DNA from: Eledone cirrhosa
Taxonomy: Eukaryota
NCBI GenBank assembly: GCA_964016885.1
Contig: OZ024743.1
Span: 77,004,001 to 77,068,000, forward strand
DNA: 64,000 bases
Direction: 5' to 3'
How positions within the stretch are numbered: the stretch's first letter is position 1; every line of letters starts with the position of its first letter. Below are positions 1 to 11,641 of the stretch, one piece after another. The position numbers and the translations under genes were made by a program. The notes below the pieces were generated by a model that made no database searches, had not been told where the DNA came from, and saw only the letters and a list, made by a program, of their open reading frames with translations.

Positions 1-408
1 CTTGGATGGTAGGTCAAACATAATGCCTGGTTTAACACTACCACTGGGCCCTTGGATGGTAGGTCAAACATAATGCCTGGTTTAACACTACCACTGGGTC
101 CTTGGATGGTAGGTCAAACATAATGCCTGGTTTAACACTACCACTGGGCCCTTGGATGGTAGGTCAAACATAATGCCTGGTTTAACACTACCTTAGGGTC
201 CTTGGATGGTAGGTCAAACATAATGCCTGGTTTAACACTACCACTGGGCCCTTGGATGGTAGGTCAAACATAATGCCTGGTTTAACACTACCACTGGGCC
301 CTTGGATGGTAGGTCAAACATAATGCCTGGTTTAACACTACCACTGGGTCCTTGGATGGTAGGTCAAACATAATGCCTGGTTTAACACTACCACAGGGTT
401 CTTGGATG
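1..408. repeat. 50-bp minisatellite, at least 8 copies, truncated by the window edge
   Basis: Unit CTTGGATGGTAGGTCAAACATAATGCCTGGTTTAACACTACCACTGGGCC. Confidence 0.97.
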
Positions 409-861
409 CCTTTTACAGAGTTCATTCAGACCAGATCTCCTAGTTCTATCTCAACCAACAGTTCTCCTACAAACACTCCAGATATAAACTGGTTACCTCT
501 TTAGTCTGAGAGTCTCTAAAAGTTACAGCATTACTCCTCCTTCTCTGTCTAACTTATAATTAAATAAATAAGAAGCTTCAATAATTAATAGATCAGAACT
601 TTTGTTCACTTCCAGCTTATAAACCAGAGTTGTGTGAAATTAAGCTCAGCTATAATCTGTGATTCTATCTATTTTTTGTATGTACAGAGATGCATTTATC
701 CTCCACATAACCTCATCCCTATCATCTTTTAATCTCACCCAAAAGAAAGATATACCTCTCTTAGCTTGTTACTCTTAACTGGGAAGGGTTAACTAAAAGT
801 ATGTTTGTATTTCTAGCAGACCTATATATCCAGACTTTAACCTCCTGAAATCATTTTTAGA

Positions 862-1175
862 TGACAAAAAGCACCCAGTCCACACTGTAAAGTGGTCATG
901 TAGGTGTCACGACAAAAAGCACCCAGTCCACACTGTAAAGTGGTTGTGTAGGTGCCACGACAAAAACCACCCAGTCCACACTGTAAAGTGGTCGCTTAGG
1001 TGTCACAACAAAAAGTACCCAGCCCACATTGTAAGTGGTTATGTAAGTGTCAGAACAAAAAGCTCCCAACCCACACTGTAAAGTGGTTGTGCAGGTGTCA
1101 CAGCAAAACGCTCTAAGCCCACACTGTAAAGTGGTTGTGTAGCTGTTACGAAAAAAAGCACCCAGCCCACACTGT
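862..1175. repeat. About 48-bp minisatellite from the RTE/SINE 3' UTR unit, about 6.5 copies
   Basis: Unit AAAAAGCACCCAGTCCACACTGTAAAGTGGTCATGTAGGTGTCACGAC. Confidence 0.9.
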
Positions 1176-1644
1176 TTGGCAAGATTTCTACAACTGGATG
1201 CCCTTCCTATCACCAACCTCTTTACAGTGTGTACTGGGTGTATTTATTGTGTAGATCACTAACACTAGAGAGGCTGTCATGTCCATGACTGAAGGGTCCT
1301 CCCAACAGTTTGTCTGGCAAGCTTTCTACAGCTGCCCTTTCTATCAACACAAGTATATTTTGTATATAATCTAATTAATTAATTTAGAATCATGAAAGTC
1401 TAAAACTATTTTTTATTAAATCAAAAGGAAACTTTATCAAAATACAGAACTGGATTTGCACCGGAAAATAAGCAAGCAAGCAAGCTAGATTAAGATAGGG
1501 AATGCTATATTTAAACATAAAAATATGTGAGGCAATATAAAGAAAGTAGAAATTCAAAATCAAAATATTAAAAGAAACAACATGCAATTTCAATGGTACT
1601 CTAAAACATGTAGTATTCATTGATAATCTTTGATAATATTTTGA

Positions 1645-2950
1645 TTATGTAATAAACTATATAATAGTATTGAAGATATGGTAGTGGTGTGTTATAACCT
1701 ATAATACTATTGAAGATATCATAGTTATAAGTTATAAACTTTAACAGAAGATATCATAGTTATATGTTATAACCTATAACAGTATTGAAGATATAAAGAT
1801 ATGTCATAACCTATAACAGTATTGAAGATATATTAGTGATATGTTATAACCTATAACAGTATTGAAGATATGATAGTGGTATGTTATATACTATAACAGT
1901 ATTGAAGATATATTGATATGTTATAACCTATAACAGTATTGAAGATATGATAGTGGTATGTTATATACTATAACAGTATTGAAGATATATTGATATGTTA
2001 TAACCTATAACAGTATTGAAGATATGATAGTGGTATGTTATATACTATAACAGTATTGAAGATATATTGATATGTTATAACCTATAACAGTATTGAAGAT
2101 ATGGTAGTGATATGTTATAACCTATAACAGTATTGAAGATATCATAGTTATGTTATAACCTATAACAGTATTGAAGATATCATAGTTATGTTATAACCTA
2201 TAACAGTATTGAAGATATCATAGTTATGTTATAACCTATAACAGTATTGAAGATATCATAGTTATGTTATAACCTATAACAGTATTGAAGATATGGTAGT
2301 GATATGTTATAACCTATAATATTATTGAAGATATCATAGTTATAAGTTATAAACTATAAGTGAGAAATTAGGAATAAGAGGGATCAGATGCTGTTTACTC
2401 GAAAGAAGAATACGTTGGTATGGTCACGTGATGCGCATGAAAGACGACAGTTGTATAAAAAAGTGCAGGGCGAACAAAATTGAAGGAAGTTACGGAGTAG
2501 GTAGACCCAGAAAAACCTGGGACGATTTGATAAATTCCGACCATACACACTTACACCTCTCTGAGGCAATGTCACTGGATCGAGAGCTTTGGCGCTACAC
2601 AGTAATACAGAAGACCCGCCTTGCCTAAGTACAAAGCGAAACCTACAGTCTAGGTTTCGCTTTGTACTTAGGCAAAGTAGAAAACGTGCCAGATAGTCCT
2701 ATATGAGCGAGACACGGTCACCCGACCAACCTTGCCTCAAGTGGGACAACTCTCATCTAACCCATGCTAACATGGACGTTAAACGAAGATGATGATGATG
2801 AATAGTATTGAAGATATCATAGTGTTATGTTATAAACTATAACAGTATTGAAGATATCATAGTGTTATGTTATAAACTATAACAGTATTGAAGATATCAT
2901 AGTTATGTTATAAACTATAATACTATTGAAAATATGATATGGTTATAAAC
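1645..2950. repeat. 37-40-bp AT-rich minisatellite interrupted by the RTE fragment at 2358-2801
   Basis: Unit ATAACCTATAACAGTATTGAAGATATCATAGTTATGTT on both sides of the LINE. Confidence 0.93.
2358..2801 (+). mobile_element. RTE-clade LINE 3' fragment inserted in a minisatellite
   Basis: Translates WYGHVMRM.DDSCIKKC..IEG..GRPRKTW, then 3' UTR and (GAT)n tail. Confidence 0.85.
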
Positions 2951-3349
2951 TTATACTTTCTACTTTACTTACTGTAAAGTGAGGTAGGTTCCTAGTGTCA
3001 TCAAAAGGAATGAAATGCCTCTGCTAACTTCTAAGTAAGAATTAATATAAACCGTTACAAGACACTTCATTAGGTCCTTAGTTATTCCTAACATTAGAAA
3101 TGGACAACATCTGTGGTGTGGAGAGAGAGAAATTGGTATATTTGGGGGAAACGGCTGGTCTTCCACAAACCTTGCCCAGGTTTGTGCCTCGCAGGGGAAC
3201 TTTTTAGGTGTAATACCATGGTCATCTATGACCAAAGGGGACCTACAATATATTAGAAGTCTATATGATGATACTTGATTATTAAATAAAGGCTGAATCT
3301 AAAAAAAAAGTGGAAATTCCATTCTTTTCCTTTATCTACATTAAATAAA

Positions 3350-3538
3350 TGTTTCTACTTTTGGCACAAGGCCAGCAATTATCTCAGTGTATTACTGGTA
3401 CTTTATTTTATCGACGGCGTAAGGATGAAAGGCAAAGTTAACCTCCACGGTATTTGAACTCAGAATGGCAAGGGCCGTAACTCTATGCATCGAAGCATGG
3501 TGTCAGACCCTTTACCGATACTGCCAATCCACCGCCCC
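3350..3538 (-). mobile_element. tRNA-derived SINE family A
   Basis: Reverse complement of the family consensus with A and B boxes. Confidence 0.85.
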
Positions 3539-5279
3539 TTCATCTACATTAAATAATGTAAGTAAACTTCATGTGTGGTCCCTAGAAGATTTATAGCAGC
3601 TTCACATTATGTCCTGTTATCTTTATGTAGTAATCAACTCAAACATAAATTACATTAGTCAATCTTCTCAAACTAAACAACTTAATAAAGTTATTATTAC
3701 CTCACTAAATCAGATTTCTCATGAATATTAAATATTAATGTAAACCTATACCCTTACATTTTGTATTATACTCATATTTCAAGGCTGTACTATCCTTAAA
3801 TAATTTACATGTCATCATCATCATCCTCACCATCATCATCCTCATCCTCCTCATCATCCTCATCCTCACCATCATCCTCATCATCATCATCATTACCATG
3901 TTAACATTGGAGTCTTCCATGTTGGAATAGGTGTTAAACGCCTATATCATTCTACTTCTATTTACCTGAATATATTTCAGTAATTCTATATGCTCATATA
4001 AAACCCAAGAACATGCTCACTTCCCCAACTCCCAAACATGATGGACTTTAACAGCTGTTACCCAATGTATCATCACAACAACTAAGGCTATATACCTTCT
4101 CAGTAGAAAAACATATTCTGCATAAAAACATCTTTTTTTAGTTTAACACTATAATCAGATCATCATTATCATCATCATCATCGTTTAACATGGTTTAGAC
4201 GGGAATTGTCCCACTTGAGGCAAGATTGGTCGGGTGACTGTGTCTCTTTCATATAGGACTATCTGGCAGGTTTTCTACAGCTGGATGCCCTTCCTAACAC
4301 CAACCACATTTACAGTGTGGACTGGGAGCTTTTTACCGTTTTACCTACACGACCACATTACAGCGTGGACTGTGTGTTTTTGTGTCGTGACACCTACATG
4401 ACCTCATTAGTTTGGACTGGATGTTGTGGTATATTCTGATATTCAGTAGTTGCTGTTATATATCAACATCACTGTTTAACGTCCATTTTCCAAGCTAGCA
4501 TGGATTAGATGAGTTGTCCTGTTGTGAGACAAGCCAGATCAGATGACCATGTCCTGCTCATACAGAACTGTTTCTAGATTGGTTTCTATGGCTGGATGCC
4601 CTTCCTAATGCCACTACCCTTTCTAACTTAAAATACATAATTATCAATGTTCCATATTTTTGAAGATGGAACTCAAATCAATTTTTTGTTTTTTGAAACT
4701 AAAGTGTAAATTTTAATTCCTTATCCCTAGATTGAGGGTCATCATCATCATTTAATGTCTGCTTTTCCTGTTAGCAAGGGTTGGACAGGTCAACATAGAT
4801 CAAGTCAATACTGAAGCAGAGCCACTGATGTCCTAGACAGGCTGAGGCAGTCTGTATCCCACTTATGTACGGTCATATTGAATGCAGAGAAGTTGTGTCT
4901 TTTGACACAAACTGAAGGATCCTCCAAACCCCTTCTTTGGCAAGCTTTCTATGGCTGGATGCCCTTCCTAACACCAACTACTTTACAACATGTACTGGGT
5001 GAGTTTATCATGTAGATCACCACAACTAGAGAAGTTGTTGTGACTTTGACACAGCTGAAGGGTCCTCGCAATCCTTTAGGCATGGCTTCTACAGTGAGGT
5101 GCCAACCACCCATATTGAGTATATCGGGTGCATTTACATAGCACCATCACTAGAGAGGTTGTTCATCATAGACCCAACTGTAGAGCTCTCTCTACAGTTG
5201 GGTCTATGATCAACAACCTCTCTAGTGGTGGTTAATATAGTTAATAAACATTTTTCTTCATGCTATCTTCTTGAGATGT

Positions 5280-6576
5280 TTCTAGAAGTATCTACAACTA
5301 TATAATTATCTAGAACTATCTAGAACTATCCCAAACTATAGAACTATCTAGAACTATCCTAAACTATAGAATTATCTAGAACTATCCCAAACTATAGAAC
5401 TATCTAGAACTATCTAGAACTATCCTAAACTATAGAACTATCTAGAACTATCCTAAACTATAGAATTATCTAGAACTATAGAATTATCTAGAACTATCCC
5501 AAACTATAGAACTATCTAGAACTATCTAGAACTATCTAGAACTATCCTAAACAATAGAACTATCTAGAACTATCCTAAACTATAGAATTATCTAGAACTA
5601 TCCCAAACTATAGAACTATCTAGAACTGTCCCAAACTATAGAACTATCTAGAATTATAGAATTATCTAGAACTATCTAGAACTGTCCCAAACTATAGAAT
5701 TATCTAGAACTGTCCCAAATATAGAACAATCTTGAACTGTCCCAAACTATAGAACTATCTAGAACTGTCCCAAACTATAGAACTATCTAGAACTGTCCCA
5801 AACTATAGAATTATCTAGAACTGTCCCAAATATAGAACAATCTTGAACTGTCCCAAACTATAGAACTATCTAGAACTGTCCCAAACTATAGAATTATCTA
5901 GAACTGTCCCAAACTATAGAATTATCTAGAACTGTCCCAAATATAGAACAATCTTGAACTGTCCCAAACTATAGAACTATCTAGAACTGTCCCAAACTAT
6001 AGAACTATCTAGAACTATCTAGAACTATCCTAAACTATAGAACTATCTAGACCTATCCTAAACTATAGAATTATCTAGAACTATCCCAAACTATAGAACT
6101 ATCTAGAACTGTCCCAAACTATAGAACTATCTAGAATTATAGAATTATCTAGAACTATCTAGAACTGTCCCAAACTATAGAATTATCTAGAACTGTCCCA
6201 AACTATAGAATTATCTAGAACTGTCTAGAACTGTCCCAAACTATAGAATTATCTAGAACTATCCCAAACTATAGAATATATCTAGAACTATCCCAAACTA
6301 TAGAATATATCTAGAACTATCCCAAACTATAGAATATATCTAGAACTATCCCAAACTATAGAACTATCTAGAACTGTCCCAAACTATAGAACTATCTAGA
6401 ACTGTCCCAAACTATAGAATTATCTAGAACTATCCAAAATATAGAATTATCTAGAACTATCCAAAATATAGAATTATCTAGAACTATCTAGAATTGTCCC
6501 AAACTATAGAATATATCTAGAACTATCCCAAACTATAGAACTATCTAGAACTGTCCTAAACTTTAGAATTATCTAT
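5280..6576. repeat. 1.3-kb array of 10-bp (TAGAACTATC) subunits in a 28-bp higher-order unit
   Basis: CCAAACTATAGAACTATCTAGAACTGTC repeated with variants. Confidence 0.97.
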
Positions 6577-6714
6577 ATTTTTCATAACATCACACATTTC
6601 CACAAATTTTTCATTCAGTAGATTGAATATCATCAATATTCCTTTTTATCACCAAACTTGTTTTTAAATATATTTACTTTCCAGTGTCACATTTAACAGA
6701 AGAAATAACTCTAT

Positions 6715-6960
6715 AATGGGTGTCCCTTAATGGGATCTGCACAACACATGCCAAGCAACCCATCATCTCCATCAATGGAAAATGAAAGATAGCCCAGCAT
6801 ATGACTGTGGGGACCCTGACCAGACAGTACTGCATGTTGTTTGAGCTTGCCCCCTCAGGTGTTTTCCAGGCATCCATAATACTACAATACTACAAATAAC
6901 GCCTTAGTCTGGCTCACCAATCTCGATCAGTCTCTCTCTAACCATTGTACATATGTCATA
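6715..6960 (+). mobile_element. Ingi/Vingi-like LINE 3' fragment
   Basis: Reverse-complement homologue of 60390-60735; WVSLN..HQW..DCGDPDQTVLHVV. Confidence 0.6.
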
Positions 6961-7176
6961 CAACAAGACTACTACTACTACTACCAATACTAATACCAGT
7001 ACCACTACTACTACAGTGCTGCATGTTGTTTGGGATTGCTTCCTCAGACCTGGAGGCAATCCATTATCATCCTTTGACGAAGGACAATGACAAGTGGAGA
7101 GATGCTGTGCTGAATAAGACCCGTCCCACCCTTGCAAGCAGGGAAAAGCGGATGTATGATGATGATGATGAAGAAA

Positions 7177-7767
7177 GGGAGGAGTGCAGGACTGTGTCCT
7201 GAATATATTTTTTAATCCTGTTAGTAAAATAAATTAGATTACTTTGAATAAATAATTGTTCTACTTTTGGCACAAGGCCAGCAATTACCCAGTGCATTAC
7301 TGGTACTTTGAATAAATAATGAATGAATATTACATAATTTATCTACTAAATTTCGTAGCTGTTGATTAAACATAATATTCTTATATATAATGATTCCTTA
7401 TTTTAAGATTCACTTCTTTTAAAATGTTCAAATGTCAATACTTCTGGTTATGATATAACGGACGCTATATCATATATCGCTTATATATCAACATTCATAT
7501 ATTTACATCGTTATATAAGGTTTATATTTCCGTTGCTAATTTTCTCCTTTTTCGTTTTCATTACATTTCACCGTTATGCAGTATATATATAATATCGTCT
7601 TTTTTAAATGTATCATGGATTACTTTACTGATTACAGACTCTCTTCAATTTCTGTGTATATTGTCAATTACGATTTCATTTGATGTATCCTATATACTTG
7701 CGTATAATATCAATATATACACTACACATGCTAGCAGAAAACCACCCGAAGGTGGTTTTTCTGCTAG
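7177..7767 (+). mobile_element. Non-autonomous Helitron (family H1), 5' end slightly truncated
   Basis: Homologous to 9047-9603; ends AAAAACCACCCGAAGGTGGTTTTTCTGCTAG|T. Confidence 0.8.
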
Positions 7768-8073
7768 TACTACAAATGATGCCTTGGTCAGGCTCCCCTA
7801 TCTTGATCTAACTATTGTACATATATTATATGTCAGAGGACCCTGACCAGACATTGCTGTGAATAACACCTTGGTCAGGCTCACCAATCTCCCTCTAACT
7901 ACTGTGTATATGTCATACGACTATAATATCTTAATTTCAACTCTTATTTTATGAGAGGTTTACATGAAGGAGGAGTAATGAGTTATTTTTAATGTATAAA
8001 ATATGAATAACAAAAGAATATCTAATCATACGGATCAGTTTCCTAAAATTTCTCTATATACAATAATGGTAAT

Positions 8074-8490
8074 GGTTTCTATTATAGACACAAGGCCAAC
8101 AATTTGTGGGGAGGGAGAAGTTGATTAAATCAACCCCAGTACTTAACTGGTACTTTATTATATCGACCCTGTAAGGATGAAAGGCAAAGTTAACCTCGGC
8201 AGGATTCGAACTCAGAATGTAAAGAGACGTAACTAAATGTCACAAAGCATGTTGTTTGATGCTCTACCGATTCTGTCAATCCATTAACCCCATTTTTATA
8301 ATAATAATAATAATAATAATAATAATTTCTGATTTAGGCACAAGGCCAACAATTTCGGGGAAGGGGAAAGTCGATTAAATCAACCCCAGTGTGTTACTGG
8401 TACTTTATTTTATCAACCCTGTGAGGATGAAAGGCAAAGCAAACCTCGACGGAATTTGAATTCATGGTGTAATGTTAACTAAATTCTGTA
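8074..8490 (-). mobile_element. Two adjacent SINE family A copies (longer subfamily)
   Basis: Same central domain and B box; separated by (TAA)n. Confidence 0.8.
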
Positions 8491-8560
8491 AGAAATTGCA
8501 AGCCTAGACCCACGAAAATAGCTTTATAGGGGCAATAAATACAGGGAAATGCATATTTAC

Positions 8561-8744
8561 CATTTCTTTACCATCTACAGCATCAGAATCCCCTAAAGAC
8601 AGCAGGATATTGGACATTTCTTTAAAATCTTTGGCCAAATACAAAAGGTTGGATTCACAAATCTGCGGAGAATAATCCTGAAAATCTTTGTTTTCTTCAC
8701 ATGGTCTTTGTAATTGGTTGGCCATTACATCCAACACCAAAAGC
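8561..8744 (-). CDS. ATXN10: Ataxin-10 exon 7 (LLVLDVMANQLQRPCEENKDFQDYSPQICESNLLYLAKDFKEMSNILLSLGDSDAVDGKEM); gene continues left of the window
   Basis: Acceptor TTTTTTAG|, donor ATG|GTAAAT, 184 nt, phase 2/0. Aligns to VTLLDLM...IASTF...VLKL. No stop is reached and the C-terminal Ataxin-10 domain was not found in the window. Confidence 0.88.
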
Positions 8745-8840
8745 CTAAAAAACAGATTAACAATACATTACTGGTACTATATTCATTTAAATTTCTATGA
8801 AAACAGCGCAATTTGAAAAGTAACAAACACTTTAATGTTG

Positions 8841-9770
8841 CTCTCGGGTCCCAAATAACAGGGGTGGGGTTGGAATAAGCAGGGGGAGGTGATGCTTTTT
8901 CAAGGTTATCTCCCTTGATTTAAAAAAAAAACAGAATTAGTCATTTAGTTTACATACTGGAACCCCAACCCATCCTATATATTTTATAACGTATGGGATT
9001 TCTATTAATGTACTTTTTTGTCATGAACAATCATAACTATAATAAAGAGAGGAGTGCAGGACTGCGTCCTGAATATATATTTTTTTATCCCGTTAGTAAA
9101 ATAAATTAGATTACTTTGAATAAATAATGAATGAATATTACATAATTTATCTACTAAATTTCGTAGCTGTTGATTAAATATAATATTCTTATATATAATG
9201 ATTGCTTATTTTATGATTCACTTCTTTTAAAATTTTCAAATGTCTACATTGCCAGTTAGCGTCCATTATACTATAACACTTATTACATCGCTTATATAAT
9301 TATCCATATATTTGCATCGTTATATAAGGTTTCATTACATTTCACTGTAATGCAGTTTATATATAATATCGTCTTTTTTAAATGTATCATGGATTACTTT
9401 ACTGATTACAGAAGACAGTGTAACACACAGTCTCTCTCTTCGATTTCTGTGCATATTGTCAATTACGATTTTATTTAACATATATCTACATGCATATATA
9501 CTTGCATATAATATAAATATGCACACTACCCATGCTAGCATATAATATAAATATGCACTACCCATGCTAGCAGAAAACTACCCGAGGGGTGGTTTTCTGC
9601 TAGTGTTTTTTAATGTCTAAAGAAAATTAATTGTCACAGGAATGCAAAAATTAACAAGTGGGGGGAAGGGGCTAAAAATGGGGGGGGGGGGGCAGAATGA
9701 AAGCTGAGGGTTTGGAAAAAATCTGAAAAATTAAAAAGTGGGAGGGGGACGATTATTCGAGACCTGAGAG
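8841..9770. mobile_element. pogo/Tigger-like MITE (host of the Helitron at 9031-9603)
   Basis: TIRs CTCTCGGGTCCCAAATAA and TTATTCGAGACCTGAGAG followed by TA; paralogues at 13637, 35526 and 43074. Confidence 0.7.
9031..9603 (+). mobile_element. Non-autonomous Helitron (family H1), complete
   Basis: 5' TCATAACTATAATAAAG and 3' hairpin plus CTAG. A|T insertion without TSD, shown by the empty paralogous site near 13820 (catgtacaa|tgtttttt). Confidence 0.85.
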
Positions 9771-10254
9771 TAACTCCTAACATCCTGTACCACATGAAAC
9801 TGCATCAGTAAGACATTGATAAGTACAAAATAACACTATGACTGTATCACATAAAAGTCTTTACTTGTGCTCACTAGTAAAGATACTATGATATGGGTAT
9901 TGTATGGCCCTGTAACTCCTGAGGAAGTCATAGGGGTGCCATATTGACATACTCATGCAGTGTTTCTGGAACATTTTAAGCCTGGTGGAGCCCATCCCTC
10001 TCCAGGCCTGAGTACAGCAGATTTCTTCGAGAGAAGGATAGAGAGAGTGAGAGAGAGGAAGTGAGAAAGATATACAGAGGAAGAATCAACCCCAGTACTA
10101 CACCAGTACTTTTTTATCAACCTTGAATGGATGAAAGGCAAAGTTGACCTCAGCAAGATTTGACCTCAAAGAGTAGAGAGCCAGAACAAATACCACAAAC
10201 TATTCTATCAGATGTTCTAAAGACTACCAATTCCCAGTCTTCTTTAATATAATT

Positions 10255-10440
10255 ACTTCTACTTTTGGCACAAGGTCAGCAATTATCCCAGCGCATTACT
10301 GGTACTTTATTTTATCGACCCCGTAAGGATGAAAGGCAAAGTTAACCTTGGTGGGATTTGAACTCAGAATGGCAAGGGCCGTAACTCTATGCGTTAAAGC
10401 ATGGTGTCCGACCCTCTACCGATACCGCCAATCCACCGCC
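10255..10440 (-). mobile_element. SINE family A whose head seeds a 41-bp minisatellite
   Basis: Full copy continuous with the array at 10400-10846. Confidence 0.85.
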
Positions 10441-10846
10441 CATGGTGTCTGACCCTCTACCGATACTGCCAATCCACCACCCATGGTGTCCGACCCTCTA
10501 CCGATACTGCCAATCCACCGCCCATGGTGTCTGACCCTCTACCGATACTGCCAATCCACTGCCCATGGTGTCTGACCCTCTACCGATACTGCCAATCCAC
10601 TGCCCATGATGTCCGACCCTCTACCAATACTGTCAATCCACTGCCCATGATGTCTGACCCTCTACCGATACTGCCAATCCACTGCCCATGATGTCCGACC
10701 CTCTACCGATACTGCCAATCCACTGCCCATGGTGTCTGACCCTCTACCGATACTGCCAATCCACTGCCCATGGTGTCTGACCCTCTACCAATACTGCCAA
10801 TCCACTGCCCATGATGTCCGACCCTCTACCAATACTGTCAATCCAC
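10400..10846. repeat. 41-bp minisatellite, about 11 copies, derived from the SINE head
   Basis: Unit CATGGTGTCTGACCCTCTACCGATACTGCCAATCCACTGCC. Confidence 0.97.
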
Positions 10847-10906
10847 TATAATATTAACAATAAAACATTATATTATTATTACTATATCAACAAAAACTTT
10901 ACTTAC

Positions 10907-10984
10907 TTCTGTTCATTATCCATTTGTGCATACATCACAGAAATGAAGTCCTCAACAAGTAGGAAATCTTCCAGGACAAATATT
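10907..10984 (-). CDS. ATXN10: Ataxin-10 exon 6 (IFVLEDFLLVEDFISVMYAQMDNEQ)
   Basis: Acceptor TTTAAAG|, donor AA|GTAAGT, 78 nt, phase 2/2. Aligns to human FLIITDLFLKSPELVQAMFPKLNNQE. Confidence 0.85.
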
Positions 10985-11029
10985 CTTTAAATTAAGAGAA
11001 AAAGAAGTCAAATACAGAGAAATGTAATA

Positions 11030-11641
11030 ATTGTTTCTACTTTTGGCACAAGGCCAGCAATTACCCAGTACATTACTGGTACTTTATTTTATCGACCCTG
11101 TAAGGATGAAAGGCAAAGTAACCTCGACGGGATTTGAACTCAGATTGTAAAGGGCCGTAACTCTATGCTGCAAAGCATGGCGTCCGACCTTCTACCGATA
11201 CTGCCAATCCACCACCCTTGAATGTAATAATAATGATGGGTTCTGATTTAGGCACAAGGCCAGTAATTCTTTTTGGGGGGAAAGCCCCCAGTTTGTTACT
11301 GGGTGAATATATTCCCCAACCTCTCAGCCAGGACCCTCAAGCAAAGGGTAAGTTATTTGGTGGTGGAGGACACTAGCTCTGACGTTACTTTCTATTTCTA
11401 ATAGTATCTTATAAACCCAGGATAATGATTTCTGATATAGGCACAAAGCCCACAATTTTAGGGGAGGGGAAGTCGATTGAATAGGTCCCAGTATGTTACT
11501 GATACTTTATTTTACCAACCCCATAAGGATGAAAGGCCAAGCAAACCACGGCAGGGTTTGAACTCAGATCGTAAAAGGCTGTAACTCTATGCGATAAAAC
11601 ATGTTGTCCGATTCTCTACCGATACTGCCAATCCACTGCCC
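11030..11641 (-). mobile_element. Cluster of SINE family A copies (11030-11218, about 11240-11300 partial, 11425-11641)
   Basis: Family consensus matches. Confidence 0.8.

Noticed and set aside
5280-6576. Intronic array with ATTCTA/GTTCTA on the sense strand as an analogue of the human SCA10 (ATTCT)n repeat
   Set aside because: Different period (10/28 bp) and different intron, in a repeat-rich genome; the resemblance is coincidental.
9893-9957. Imperfect 65-nt hairpin as a possible pre-miRNA
   Set aside because: Several mismatches and bulges, better pairing on the strand antisense to the host gene, and no recognisable mature miRNA.
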